Shown piece by piece: positions 36,655 to 48,800 of a stretch of 64,000 nucleotides of DNA. Position 1 is the stretch's first letter. Every line of letters starts with the position of its first letter. The stretch is from Lingula anatina (taxonomy: Eukaryota; Animalia; Brachiopoda): assembly GCA_051362555.1 (NCBI GenBank), contig CM120649.1, positions 4,092,001-4,156,000 of the forward strand, in the 5' to 3' direction. The notes under the pieces were generated by a model. That model saw only the letters and a list, made by a program, of their open reading frames with translations, was not told where the DNA came from and did no database searches. The position numbers were made by a program, and so were the translations under genes.

Positions 36655-37017
36655 TTTTACGGTATTTAAGTACGTTAAGCCAGAATCTCCAAAATGATGA
36701 GCTGACTTAAAAAATATAAATTATCAAAAAATGGTTCTACAGAAATTAAGTGGTTAAGTTGACAAATTAAAGAATTCAGCAGAAGAGGACAATGTGAAAG
36801 TTTTCACTAATTTTGGCAAACTAAAATGTGGTACAAATGTAATATGAAAAGCTTGGGCTTGGGTGATTTGAAGGCATTGAGTGGTGTAATTCACGAGGTC
36901 TTGCAAGCAGTTGGGGTGATAAAAACGAAACATACTCGAAGCCAGTATAGGGCAAAATCCAAGAAACGCAAGCCCTGAGTTTTTTCCTCGATAGTTTCTA
37001 GATTCTGTCAATATGGG

Positions 37018-37052
<35 letters not shown>

Positions 37053-37445
37053 TAAATTAAAGAAACAAGGCATCGTTAAATTTGTAACTTCAAGAAAAAA
37101 ACTTTCAAAAAGGAAGCATTGCACACGTGTTCACTTAAAGTTTGCCTATCACAGCAAGTAAAAGTCTCAATTGAAGTCAATTTCTCCCATCTCTACTTAT
37201 ATCTCGTGTGTCACTGCCTGAATCAAACCACCGAGGCATTTCTCATTTAATTTGTTTGCGCGTTCCTGTCCGCATTTTAGTTTACCAAAATTAGTGAAAA
37301 CTTCCTCGCTGTCCCTTTTCACCGAATTCTTTAATTTTTCAACTGAATCACTTAAGTTCTTTAGAATAACTTATATTGTCGAGGTCAGCTGGCTCCAACA
37401 CATCATTTTGGAGATTCTGACAAAATGTACTTCAATAACGTAAAA
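36655..37445. repeat. Centre of an inverted duplication (arms ~36655-36860 and ~37245-37445)
   Basis: Opposite-strand ORFs 36754- and 37252+ share PHFSLPKLVKT..FFN.ST; similarity continues outward to the two peptide exons at 34755 (-) and 39450 (+). Confidence 0.7.
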
Positions 37446-38857
37446 TACTAAACCACTTAACATATCTTTGCATATTCTCAGGATAAGTCAAGAGGGAGTA
37501 CACGGGCAGCCAGGAGCTACGGGGAGTGAGTCATATATTTCAGCCCCTGTATATAAAATGGTCCTTAAAATAAAATTGCTGTTTTACGATTTTTCTGCCC
37601 CCCCCCCCCCCCCCACCCCCGGAATTTGTGAGCAGTTCCTAATGAGGTTGAGATTGTCGTATTTTCCCTAATTGTTGGGTATTTGACGAAACGAGCTAAT
37701 TAATTTTTGGACTCCCTGAACTGAGCTCTAAGGCTTTAAATTATATCATCATATTCTCCAAATTTTGCATTTATAATTGTCCTTTCTCATCCCAAAATAA
37801 AATGTTAATTAGAAAAAAAAATCCCAATTTTCATAGGAAAAGCTTCAAATATGTCATGCCCGGGTAAAATGTGGGGATCTGAAAATCTGTCTTTGACTAG
37901 CGCACTATACACATGTCTTAACACTGTGTTGAATTTTTATGTGTTCTTTGTACGTATATACATGTATGTTTAAATAATCGTCATTGTGCCGTGCACCTCA
38001 AGATGCAGTGGTATTTATTTAATGTTGAATTAACCGTCATTGTAATCTTCACCAGTTGTGATTGTATGTAATATCTTGTCACCGTTCTTGAATTGTTCAT
38101 GTTAGTGTGACCCCGTGCACCAGTATGTGTGTGTCGAGTGTGGGTGACAGTGTGAGTGTGTGCACGCACGCGCGTGCGTGTACGTGTAATTGCTTTTGTG
38201 CACTACATTGGGATATGATCTAGAGTTGTGAAAATTGTAATAAAATTTATTTTGTCGACTTTTAAACTTGGTAATTCAAATTTCCATAAATGCTGCACGT
38301 TTATTTAAATAACTAATAAATGTTTATATTCAAATTGTTTCTCCTCAAATAGGTCTTTGATGACACAAGTGACCTTGATTACCTATGAAACCCCTTCCAA
38401 AAGTGAAATTCTTGAAATGATAAATATTAATTATTTCCTTGTTTTTTTTACATCGTAAAGATTCGCCTAAACTTCCAAATGGCTATTCCTGATTTATAGG
38501 CCTTTATCGCCATGTCATCACTACATTTGATACCCGGACACGGGTTAAATATTCATTTTCATTCTACTCTGTCTCTGATTATACAGTATATTTGTGTCCG
38601 GCTTGTTAACAAGAATAATAAAACTTAATACTGGGACTACATTACTTCTTTTAGTTGCCCTAGACATGAATAGGTCTTCTCCAGGTAGGAAGGATACTTA
38701 AAACTCGGACCTGGGACTGACTTGCCCCAAATTATATCAATTAACATCTTTACACATGGTGACAGTTGGTCACAGTATATAAAGAAAGGGACATGTAAAT
38801 TGCATGTGTTGATTTTTTTCTCTTTTTGTGTGTGCGAATTAATGCAAAAGTGAAGCT

Positions 38858-38895
<38 letters not shown>

Positions 38896-39449
38896 TGGAG
38901 AGACAGATTCACGTAGAAGTCACGCCACTTAGGCATCGATTTTTACACAGGTTTATACACAGGTTTATACATCAGATCAGAATTCTGGGAAGGGTTTGGG
39001 GTAGGATGTAGTTGGTGATAAAGGGGATATTGTTGACACTTCTATACAACATTATATTTGTGATGGCTGGCTTTTGCCTTGTCATAATGTCGCCGTGCTA
39101 ATCCCTCATTTTCATATGGCTGTCCATAGGGGCGTATTGCAACAATCCAAAATATTCTTAGATTATTTTCTTTTTTTCTGTCATACGGTATGGGGTTGTC
39201 TCCAGATCTCCGTTGTATTGAATGACATAACACCCGCTGTGCTGCAACCATATCACCTCAGGTACTTGAACGATTTTTTGACAAAAAGGCCCATTTTTGC
39301 CGTTCAAAAATATCTCAAAACATTCTTTTTCACAGCTATGAGGTACTGTAAGGTACTGAAGTTTTAGAAATCTAATTTAAGCATTATAAATTTACATTAC
39401 AGTGAGAAGATACTCCTATCTGACAGTGTCTCATATTTTATCATTTAAG

Positions 39450-39779
39450 GTGATGGTAAGAGACAAACTTGGAACCTGCATTTGGAGATGTGGCTACTGG
39501 GGTCACTTCTTGACCTGTCCAAGTGGGTTCTTCGTCCAAGGAGCGTGTGGCTCTGGGAAAAATGCGGATTGTTCTCATACCCACTGCGGCAAAAAGACCT
39601 GGGCCCCGTATCTCGAAAGCATCGCGTATTGCGACCGAGCGCAAGCGTCTCGATTCCATAACTCGCCGATACTCGTTCCATATAACACATTGTAGCCTCT
39701 ATGTGATATCGCTTTTTGCAATACGCTATGCTTTCGAGTTACGGGGCCCTGGCACGCCAGATATTGTTTTCCGAAATAA
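39450..39779 (+). pseudogene. Peptide copy 4, pseudogene (MITE in exon, cleavage site and one Cys lost, no signal exon)
   Basis: VMVRDKL-GTCIWRCGYWGHFLTCPSGFFVQGACGSGKNADCSHTHCGKKTW-[MITE]-HARYCFPK*; nearly identical to copy 3. Confidence 0.88.
39602..39748. mobile_element. 147-bp PIF/Harbinger-like MITE
   Basis: TIR GGCCCCGTA(T/A)CTCGAAAGCAT(C/A)GCGTATTGC, with CTG target duplication (39599-39601, 39749-39751). The empty site AAGACCTGGCACGC is present in the intact paralogs. Confidence 0.9.
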
Positions 39780-39990
39780 ACTCGACAGCCAGAAACCTGA
39801 ATTCTATATTTCTACATGTATGTGAAAAAAGTCCTTCTCTTACGCACCTCAAGGTACAGTATGCTTCTTAATGTTGAATTAACCGTTAATGTAATGTTCA
39901 CAAGTTGTGTTGTGACGTCCTGTTGTGATTGTATGTAGAATATCTTGTCACTGTTTCTTGTATTGTCCCTGTGCTTGTGTGTGTGTGCGC

Positions 39991-40021
<31 letters not shown>

Positions 40022-40519
40022 AACATTTTGTGCACTGCTTTGGGATTTATTGACGCTTAAACTTAGTAATTCAAACTACCCGAAAATGCAAATGGTGGAC
40101 ACTTAATGTATTTAAATAACTCTTGCATAATGTCAATTCTTAAATTAGTCCCTCCTAAAAAAAAACTTTGATGACACCAGCCACCCCATCAGCATATGAA
40201 GACAGTTGGAGAAACTCCGTTATTGTCACGTATATATTACAGCACTATGCAATCTGAAATTAACCCTAGTAATGTTTCTACTTATTTGAGTAAAACTCTT
40301 GAAATGAAGGAAAAACATTTTCTTTCCTTGTATTTTGCATCCTTAATGTTCGTCTGCATTTCAATTTGGCTATATTACATTTTTTACTCAGACAAACAGT
40401 CATAGTTAGATCTAACAAGGGTATTTAGTTAAAGAGTTAAATTATCATGTTTGAATTATTAATTGTGGCGTTAAAAAGAAACGTTACGCAATTTTCCAAT
40501 TTATTTCCATGACGAAGAG

Positions 40520-40620
40520 TATAAATACCCCCTCATCTTGTCGGTGAGACTAGTAGGTAGAGATTCCTGTGTGAATAACAGGGTACAGGTCAGAAACTGA
40601 GTACAAAAACAAAGGTAAGA
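40520..40620 (+). promoter_or_regulatory. Type-B promoter and non-coding exon 1 (upstream of peptide copy 5)
   Basis: GAGTATAAATACC, then CTTGTCGGTGAG, donor AAAG|GTAAGA at 40615; paralog at 44635-44731. Confidence 0.6.
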
Positions 40621-42711
40621 TACAAGATCTTTTCGTTTTTCCATCTTTTCATCTTTCCATGTACATAAAACTTTGAAACCTTTGAGACGTTCCGGTGACC
40701 ATCATAGACCTTTATCAGTCAAATACGGCGTCCGGTCCCGTTTAAAAAGAATTCAATTTGTTTTACTTATTTTATAGACTTAAGGTTGCTACAGATGTAG
40801 GTTACAGGCCATGACTAAGTTGCGTTTCACAAAGACCTTTTTAAAAAGGCCGCCAGACAAAACGGATAAGTTGGTTAAAAAGCGCCTACCCTATAAAAAG
40901 GGTTGTTAGAAGATATTTTGTATTTTTTAAACATGTGATGTTTAAATAATACAACAGCTAAATTTTTGAAGATGGTCAGTCAGTGTCGGTTTCTGTTTAT
41001 TCAATTCTATTCGTGGCGAAAGAAATGTCAAATCCATAGTTTGGGCGTTAAGATAATAAAAACGACAGCATTAACATCCAGCCCAGTTAAAAAAGGAATC
41101 CGTTTTTTTTCTTTTTTTACTAAGACCTTAATTTATTATTGTTCAGATGCCCTCGGCCAAATTTTGTTTCACAAAGACATTAGAAGGCCGACAAAACTGA
41201 TAAGTTGGTTAACGAGCGGCAACCCTGGAAACGGGGAAAGTAGACGAAATCTAATTATTTTTGTACATATGATGTCTTAGAAGGACAGCTGCTAAATTTT
41301 GATGTCAGTTTCTCAGGCAGAGCTTTCTTTCTTTTTTTTCAATTCTATATAAGGTGAATGAAATATCAAATTCATAAGGTGGGCGTCATATTACCAAACC
41401 AATTGCCCATTTTTCGATTCGACAAACAGGTGCGAAAAAAATCCTTTTCTCCTTTCTTCACTTGTAAACCAACTTATCATTTTATCTGCTGGGTGGAACT
41501 AGTTGCATTTGACGAAGGTAAAGTATATTTTACAATTTGACAAATGTTTACAATTTGATAATTTTTATTACCTTATTCATTTTATCAATGATTAACTATG
41601 ATAGGATCATTTTATAAATGATAGGATTGGACAACATTAGCGCAATGAAAGTGGAATACTTAAAGAAAGAAAAGATTGCGCGCAAATAGCAATACGTATC
41701 TTTATTTTAAATTTTGGGGTGAGTGGTACAAATGTGGAATGTGGTACAAAGCAGACATACGTTTTTGTCTTTCCAAGGAAGTGTGACACCTCCTTGGTCT
41801 ACGATCGTTAAAGCCCCTTTACACTGGGCGGCGTCCTTTGCGCGACAATGAATCTGGAATCACCGTGGTCGTAGGAAAGAGGCACAAGCATACCTTTGGT
41901 TACAGAATGAATGTTCAACAATCGGCCAGTTGTTGGCGTGCAAAGTGTTTTTTTTTTCTCTCAAACAGGGCCGTACCACGGGACGCAGAAAAGACGCCGT
42001 CCATGGTACATGTAGCAACACTTTCGGCTGTCACCTTGATCGGTTCATGAACCTTTAAAAAACTGTAGAAAATGACTAGGTGGTGTTTCACTCCAACAAC
42101 TTTAAATTTGGTTAATGCCCCTCTCTCATCATCATCCTTCATCAAACAGCAATTACCGCTTTTATATTCATGAAATATTAATGTTTTTTACATTTGTTGA
42201 GCAATTAGCGAATTTGAATTTGTTTTTTATACCGCTCATCATCTCGTACCTGTTCCTTCAAGACCGCACAATAATGTCGTGAATGTATCATGTCTTTTTT
42301 ATTCAGCATTCTGAGTAAATGTGCAGATAAAAAGAAATAATGTCAGGCTGAGATGTTATTCTTACATTTTATCACTCAAGGCGCATTGAAGTGTGTTATA
42401 TAAGCAACATTATGCAATTTTAATCAACCTGCATATACTTGTAGAAGATGCAATTGATTTATTAAATCTATTACTTAAAACTCGATTCATAGTAAAAGAG
42501 TGGTTAATCACCATTATGTACTTAAAAAACTTGGTTATAAAACAAATGATTTTACAATTATCATAATCTCTTAAAAGCAAATAATTATCTATATTCATTT
42601 AATTATCATTTATTGTCAAGTCAATTAATTTATCAATATTTTTCATTAATCCATATATTTGTTTATCATTATCATTATTTTTCGGTATCTATTTTCACAG
42701 GTCGCCATAAA

Positions 42712-43288
42712 ATGAAGGTGCAAATTACTGTCGGGCTTGTCCTTGTAGTTTTAGCTCTGTTTGCCATGGCAACGGTTACCAACGGCGCTCCACAGGTAAG
42801 AACCGCTTCAAACTTGTAAGTGAAACTACGATGAAAGGGTTGTGTACAGTGTCACTAGCGGAGCTAAGGGGAAGGGACAAAAACATATTATGCTGAGCCT
42901 GGCGAGGCAATTGCATGTAAAAGATAATTATTTATCTGCATTATGTTAGGGGTAGAGGTGATGGAAACATTGCTTGGTTTTGTGTCATTTTGCTTGTCAC
43001 ACTGTTAAACATGTACATTTTTTCTCACAATGCGCATTATAAATCTTTCTAAATAATTCCAGAGATAAAGAATACTCTGTTACAGTTCCTCATATTTAAC
43101 CATTTTAGGCCGCGGTAAGAGCCAAACGTGGCACTTGCTTCTGGTGATGTGGCTACTGGGGTCACTTCCTGATCTGCCCATGGCGGTACGTGGTCCGAGG
43201 AGCGTGTGGCTCGGGGAGGGACGCGGATTGTTCTCACCACTACTGCGGCAAAAAGACCTGGCACGCCATCTATTGTTGTCCGCAATAA
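42712..43288 (+). pseudogene. Peptide copy 5 with in-frame TGA at 43145-43147 (exons 42712-42795, 43109-43288)
   Basis: MKVQITVGLVLVVLALFAMATVTNG-APQ|AAVRAKR-GTCFW*CGYWGHFLICPWRYVVRGACGSGRDADCSHHYCGKKTWHAIYCCPQ*; otherwise intact with all 8 Cys. Confidence 0.85.
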
Positions 43289-44634
43289 ATTCGACTGCCA
43301 GAAATGCGAGAAATATCCGAAATATTCAAACAAATGGATAGGAAATTTTTAACTAACTGTGCAAATTTTTGAAATGATGTGTTTTTCTAGTTTCGACTTA
43401 TTTGGAAAATGTTACAGTTTTGGCTTACTTCCAATTTTCAGTTTGAATAATATCAAAGTTTGAAAGCAGCTTGTTTTTGTTGTGATGTTTTACATTGCAT
43501 GATATTCTCTCTGTTTATTTATCGCTGATGACGTACAGTATTTACGTGTTAATTGAAAATAATGAAGATAGAAATATAGGCCTATCTTAAATAGGTATGG
43601 TGTATATATATCTGAATGCTCCTTTGGTCCCTCCCCACAGAAGTGCGGCACCGTCATTGTACTTAACAGCATACGAAAACAGTTGAGGAAAATTTTCGTC
43701 ATTGACTAAAAATGTAAATTGACATTAATATTTAGTCTCGTATGATGAACTCGTGTTACGAGTTACGCGGTGCTTCAATTAGATTGTCATTAATGTGTGC
43801 TTCCTCCAAATGCTCTAGAAAACAGCAAAACGAGTGCAATTGTAGAATAAAACTGAGGAAAACGATTGTGTCTGAATTCCCTCCCTCCCTCTCCCCTCCT
43901 TCTCTCTCTCTTTCTTCCTTCCTCTCTCTCCCTTCTTCCTTCCTTCTCTTTCTATCGCTCCTCCCTCACTTCTTTTCTCTCCCTCCCTCCGTCCCTCACT
44001 TTTTCTCTCTCTTTCTCATACCATTTACATTGTTTGAAATAATTAATACTGTTGTGATTCTATAATAGCATTATTGTGTCTCTTTACGTGGTCAGATACA
44101 AAATATTTTCTCATACTTTCTCAATCATGCACCAGAACGAGAAAGTATGAGAAAATGAACTGACTTGAAAGAATATTCTAAAGCATTTTAATGAAAACAC
44201 TCATGTCGGCCTAATTGATACTCGGCAATTAAAATTTCATAAATTCTTTAAATATTTCAGTTAGATTCATGAAATGAATAAGCACATAAATCAAATTAAC
44301 AATTGTCCAGTTTTCTCACGCTTTTTTCAAAGACAAATGGATTCATCGTTTATATTCATGAAGGGAGTCACTTTTCTAAAGGTTTACATAACAAGATTTA
44401 TCTAAGTATAATAATATATAATGTCATTTCCTAGTGTTTTGAATCCTGATGTTTCATTTGAATCTCAAAATGGATATTCCTTGCAAAAAGGTCACTGATA
44501 GAATAATAAAAAACGCATATTTTTAGCGTTTACTTTTTTATGTAAGTTGGAACTATTGAGTGTGAATTTAAACAAATCATACTCCCTTTATTATCTACTT
44601 GATAGTATTTCCAATTTATTTCCGTGACAAAGAG

Positions 44635-44731
44635 TATAAATACCTACTCCCCTTGTCGGTGAGTCTAGATGGTAGAGATCTCCTGTGTGAGTAACAAGAC
44701 AGAAAGTGTAAAGACAAAGACAAAGGTACGA
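44635..44731 (+). promoter_or_regulatory. Second type-B promoter and non-coding exon
   Basis: GAGTATAAATACC...CTTGTCGGTGAG...CAAAG|GTACGA (donor 44726); homologous to 40520-40620. Confidence 0.55.
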
Positions 44732-44802
44732 TATATTTTACACAATCACAATAGCAAAATCTCCGAGGGTACAGCTGGTCATTCCAACCAGATGATCAAT
44801 GT

Positions 44803-44970
44803 CAGGCCCGTAGCCAGCACTTTCAAAAGGGGGCTTCTTTTTCTGAAAAAGTGGACTTTTTTACAAGGAAATTTTGTGTACCTAGGTCAATTTTTACACA
44901 GAATGGACCTTTTCCTGACAAAGTGGGTGGTTCTTTCGAACCCCCAGAATACCCCCTGGCTACGGGCCTG
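44803..44970. mobile_element. Small MITE
   Basis: Perfect 15-bp TIR CAGGCCCGTAGCCAG / CTGGCTACGGGCCTG; no clear TSD. Confidence 0.65.
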
Positions 44971-45115
44971 TCTGTGGCTATGTAAATATTTTGCTGGACC
45001 TGCCAAGGTGTGAGAAAATCTGAATAGTGTTTCGCGACATATCACATAACGCATTATTTTAATAGCATTGGAATCTGATACTGTCATCAAAACTGTTTCT
45101 TTTACAGCTAAGGCC

Positions 45116-45254
45116 GTGACATAAAGACTAACTTAATAAATTGTTCTTCATGAACAAACAAATAATATACAATTATTATAAACTACAATTATACGGACTT
45201 GCCAATTGGCGATTTGAAAAACATAAGTGATCTGATAAATGCATGGATTTTATC
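45116..45254 (+). repeat. ~140-bp direct repeat (other copy 59680-59818)
   Basis: GTGACATAAAGACTAACT...TGATAAATGCATGGATTT at both sites. Confidence 0.85.
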
Positions 45255-45813
45255 CCCCCTACCAAAAAATATCCTGGGTCTGCCACATTTATACACACTG
45301 ACGGTTTATTGGTATATGTATATAGCGGTTATGTTTGAACGATAATAATAATTATTCTTAAAAGTTTAGTAGATTTTACAATGATGAAATGCTACAATAT
45401 TGTACTGTTAGCATTAAAAACAGGCTATAAAACCACAGTGAAGACATCAAATTAAAGGGTGCACTTCAAATTACAATAATACAGTTACAATACAATTACA
45501 ATAATAGTTTTACACTTAAAATAACTTCAACCACAAAATATTTTGAAGAAATCTAAAACCATAGTTAAGGTATTAAATAAAAGGGTAACTTTAAAATAAC
45601 ATTAATTTTTTACACTTAAAATAACTTCAGTTATATATTTTCTGAAAAAGATGAAAGGTTTTGAGTTTTTTTTTAACCACTATTACCTGCAATTTGAGTG
45701 AAAACGACAGAAAATTCTAAGTACGCATTATTCTATTAATTTTTTTTTTCAGAAACCAACTTCAGGAATAGAGTATACATTTTGACTGATATTTTTTATT
45801 GTTCATATTTATT

Positions 45814-48800
45814 CTATAATCGCGTATCTTCAGTTTCATCTTCATGTTCATCTCTTGTCTGTACTCGTTGCCTTTCCAATGCCCGTTGACCAGTTGATGC
45901 AACCCCTGCCAGTACAAACAAACGCTCAACTTTCTTCCACAAAGGCAGTAAACAAATATGAATAAAGGCACATACGATAGGCCGCATGTTAAGCATAACT
46001 AACTGCACCCACTGCGCAGCGTAATCAGACACTGGTTTGTTCTTTAAGTGCAATATACACGAGACTGTGAACGGGAACCAGCGTATAGCATCGGATAAGG
46101 CAATTTCAAAAAAGCAGCACATACTGCGAAAATCAGTGAGGGATGATGAAGATCTTAGAAAATACAGCAAATGCAGGAAAACTCCTGCGAAAGTAGTTAG
46201 AGAAATAACAGACATTGACAGATATGTGATTTCAATCGGTAAAGAATTGTACTGTATTTCAGTCATAAAACTGCTTAAAACGAAAGGATAACATGTACCA
46301 GAATGGATTTCTACCTCCATGGGCAATAGAACACCAAAAGTAACTGATGCGGTGAGGACAACGACTATGCCAACGCATACCGTGCGCTTTAATAAATGCG
46401 TTTTTTCGATTCCAGCGGCCCGTAATATAATGGCGTGTATAGCAGCGAAAAATATTATTAAAGGAACACAAACCTGAGGAAAAATGTAGAAAAACGACGC
46501 TACTTGACACGATGGGCTCCTGCGCCAGGAATCAGACATGCTGGAATAAGTATCTGTCATCCGCATATTGTTAACAAATATTATGACAACTGGTATTATG
46601 GTTTGCATTTCAATAACATTCAATGCAACAGCAATTTCCTTCACCTGAAACAGTCCTTCAAGCCCTAAATACGATTTGAGCAATCCTAACGAACACATCA
46701 CAGAAAGAAGACCCATACCAAAATACGAGTACTTAACCACTATCTCCATGAACATACCTGAACACGAAGCAAAAAGATCAACTTTAGACTGACATAAATT
46801 TGCCTGATGAAAAATGCAGCAGACACTGAACGTATCTGCAATTATAATGTCAATATCACCTGGTGGTCCGTCCTGTTTGACCTCCAACGGGTTTCCAGAC
46901 AGATCAATCGCCTTCACTTTGTGCCAGCCACAAAACAACCAGGCATTAAATTTCTGGACATAATTTTTCGATATGTTTATAACACCAATGGATACGTTAT
47001 AAAACGAACAGTTGTCCAGGACAAACAGTACACCAGCTGACAGATCAAGATGCTGCAAAGCTGGAAGATTGTGGAAACAAAGTTGCGGAACGGAAGTTAC
47101 TGGGTTGTTACTTATGTTCAGCACTTGAAGAGAAATCATATTGGAAAATGCACCACTTTGGATGCTGCTGATGTTGTTTTTTGAGAGATCAATTCTGCGT
47201 AGATTGACAGTGTCTTGAAACATAGTATTATGAACTTCAACCAGTGAGTTGTTTGATAAGTCAAGATGTAACAGTAGAGTGTAGTTGTCCAATGTGACCT
47301 CTGATATAAGATTATCTTTTAAAATGAGACTCCTTACCATATCTCGTCCTATTATAAGAGGCACCTCAGTTAATCTACTCTGATTAGAATTTTGTGACCA
47401 CTTGAATACCGACCCAGGGCAAATTACCGAAAACCCTTCACAAACGCACTCGGGGGGACACTGAAACCCATAGAATGTTTCATCATCTCGCAGTTTACAT
47501 TGAGGGACTCCGTCCCGCACCTCTCTTTGTGGCAAGCAATTGTTCTGCCCTCGACATCTGTACATACCTGGGCAGGAGTAGTTGTTACAGGCTATTTCGT
47601 CACTGCCATCGTGGCAGTCTTTGACCCCGTCACAAACTGATCTGGCAGGTATGCAGTACGACGACGGGCATTGGTGATATAAATCTGTGGGACATGTGAA
47701 CCCGTGGCATAATGTTGATGGCTCAAGAAAAACTGCTTTATCCACATAATTCCAGTATTTTGAGTTGAGGCGAGACACGTTTTGTGTGAGCTGCCTCCCA
47801 GTCCTGCAGGTTAATGGGATGTCGTATTTATTTCTTTCGTAAAAGCAAGTCCTGTTCATATGGAACACCTGGGCATTTTTGTAATTTTTGCCGGATGAAG
47901 TCTTAACGAGAAAAAATGATTTTTCGTGATAAGAATATTTGTCGCAGCTGTACATGTAAGTGAGACACGGCCCGATGTTTTGATATCCACACTGTTCCAT
48001 CAATGGTTGTTGTAACGACAACTCGTCCGCCTCGTCTTCTTCGAAGGGTCCTAGACAGTCCACCACGCCGTCGTGTTTCTGTGAGTACGGAATGAATGTA
48101 TCAGAAAAACAAGAATAGAATTTCTTCCTATAGATATTTGCGCACTGAGCCTCATCTGATCCATCTTTACAGTGGGGTATCAAGTCGCATCGTTCGCTCA
48201 TTTGAATGCATTCTTCACTGCCACAGTGAAACTGATGTGCGTTACAAGGCGGATTCATACAACCAATTTCGTCTGAGTTGTCCGAACAATCAGCCACTTT
48301 GTCACAAAATCGGGAGAAATGAAGATAATCTCCGTTCTTACAACGCCCGAAATGAAGCAGATGACAGGTGACATTTTCGTCACTGCCGTCGAGGCAATCT
48401 TTTCGTCCGTCACACCTAGAGTCTATAGAAACACATGTGCCGTCTCCACATTTAAACTGAAAATCAGAACAGTTACTATTTTTGGTCGTTTTCGACGACA
48501 CTCGCGATCGACTGCCTTCATTGGCGTGTCTTGGGTATTCACATATCACAGAGGCTGCATGGAATTCTCGCGGACAAGGAATCATGATCCAGTTGGACGA
48601 GTAGTGAGGATTGGTGACCATCATAGCTGCACATGAAACATCATGGTCATAAACAGGATGTCTTGAATTGAGAAGATTTGATCTCGACATGAATGCAAAA
48701 TCGCTGAGAGCAATTTTTGAATATTTAGCCGCGGTTCGAAAGCGTTCCTCTATAAAGAGTTTGTCATACTGTGGATGGTACCAGTCCGAAAATACAAGCG

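Noticed and set aside
40740-41345. ~340-bp diverged tandem duplication in intron 1 of copy 5, and the 104-aa ORF at 40966
   Set aside because: Ordinary intronic duplication; the ORF is not conserved between units.
43145-43147. Selenocysteine codon
   Set aside because: Aligns to R/Q/S rather than Cys in paralogs, and no SECIS is evident by eye; kept only as a nonsense-allele finding.
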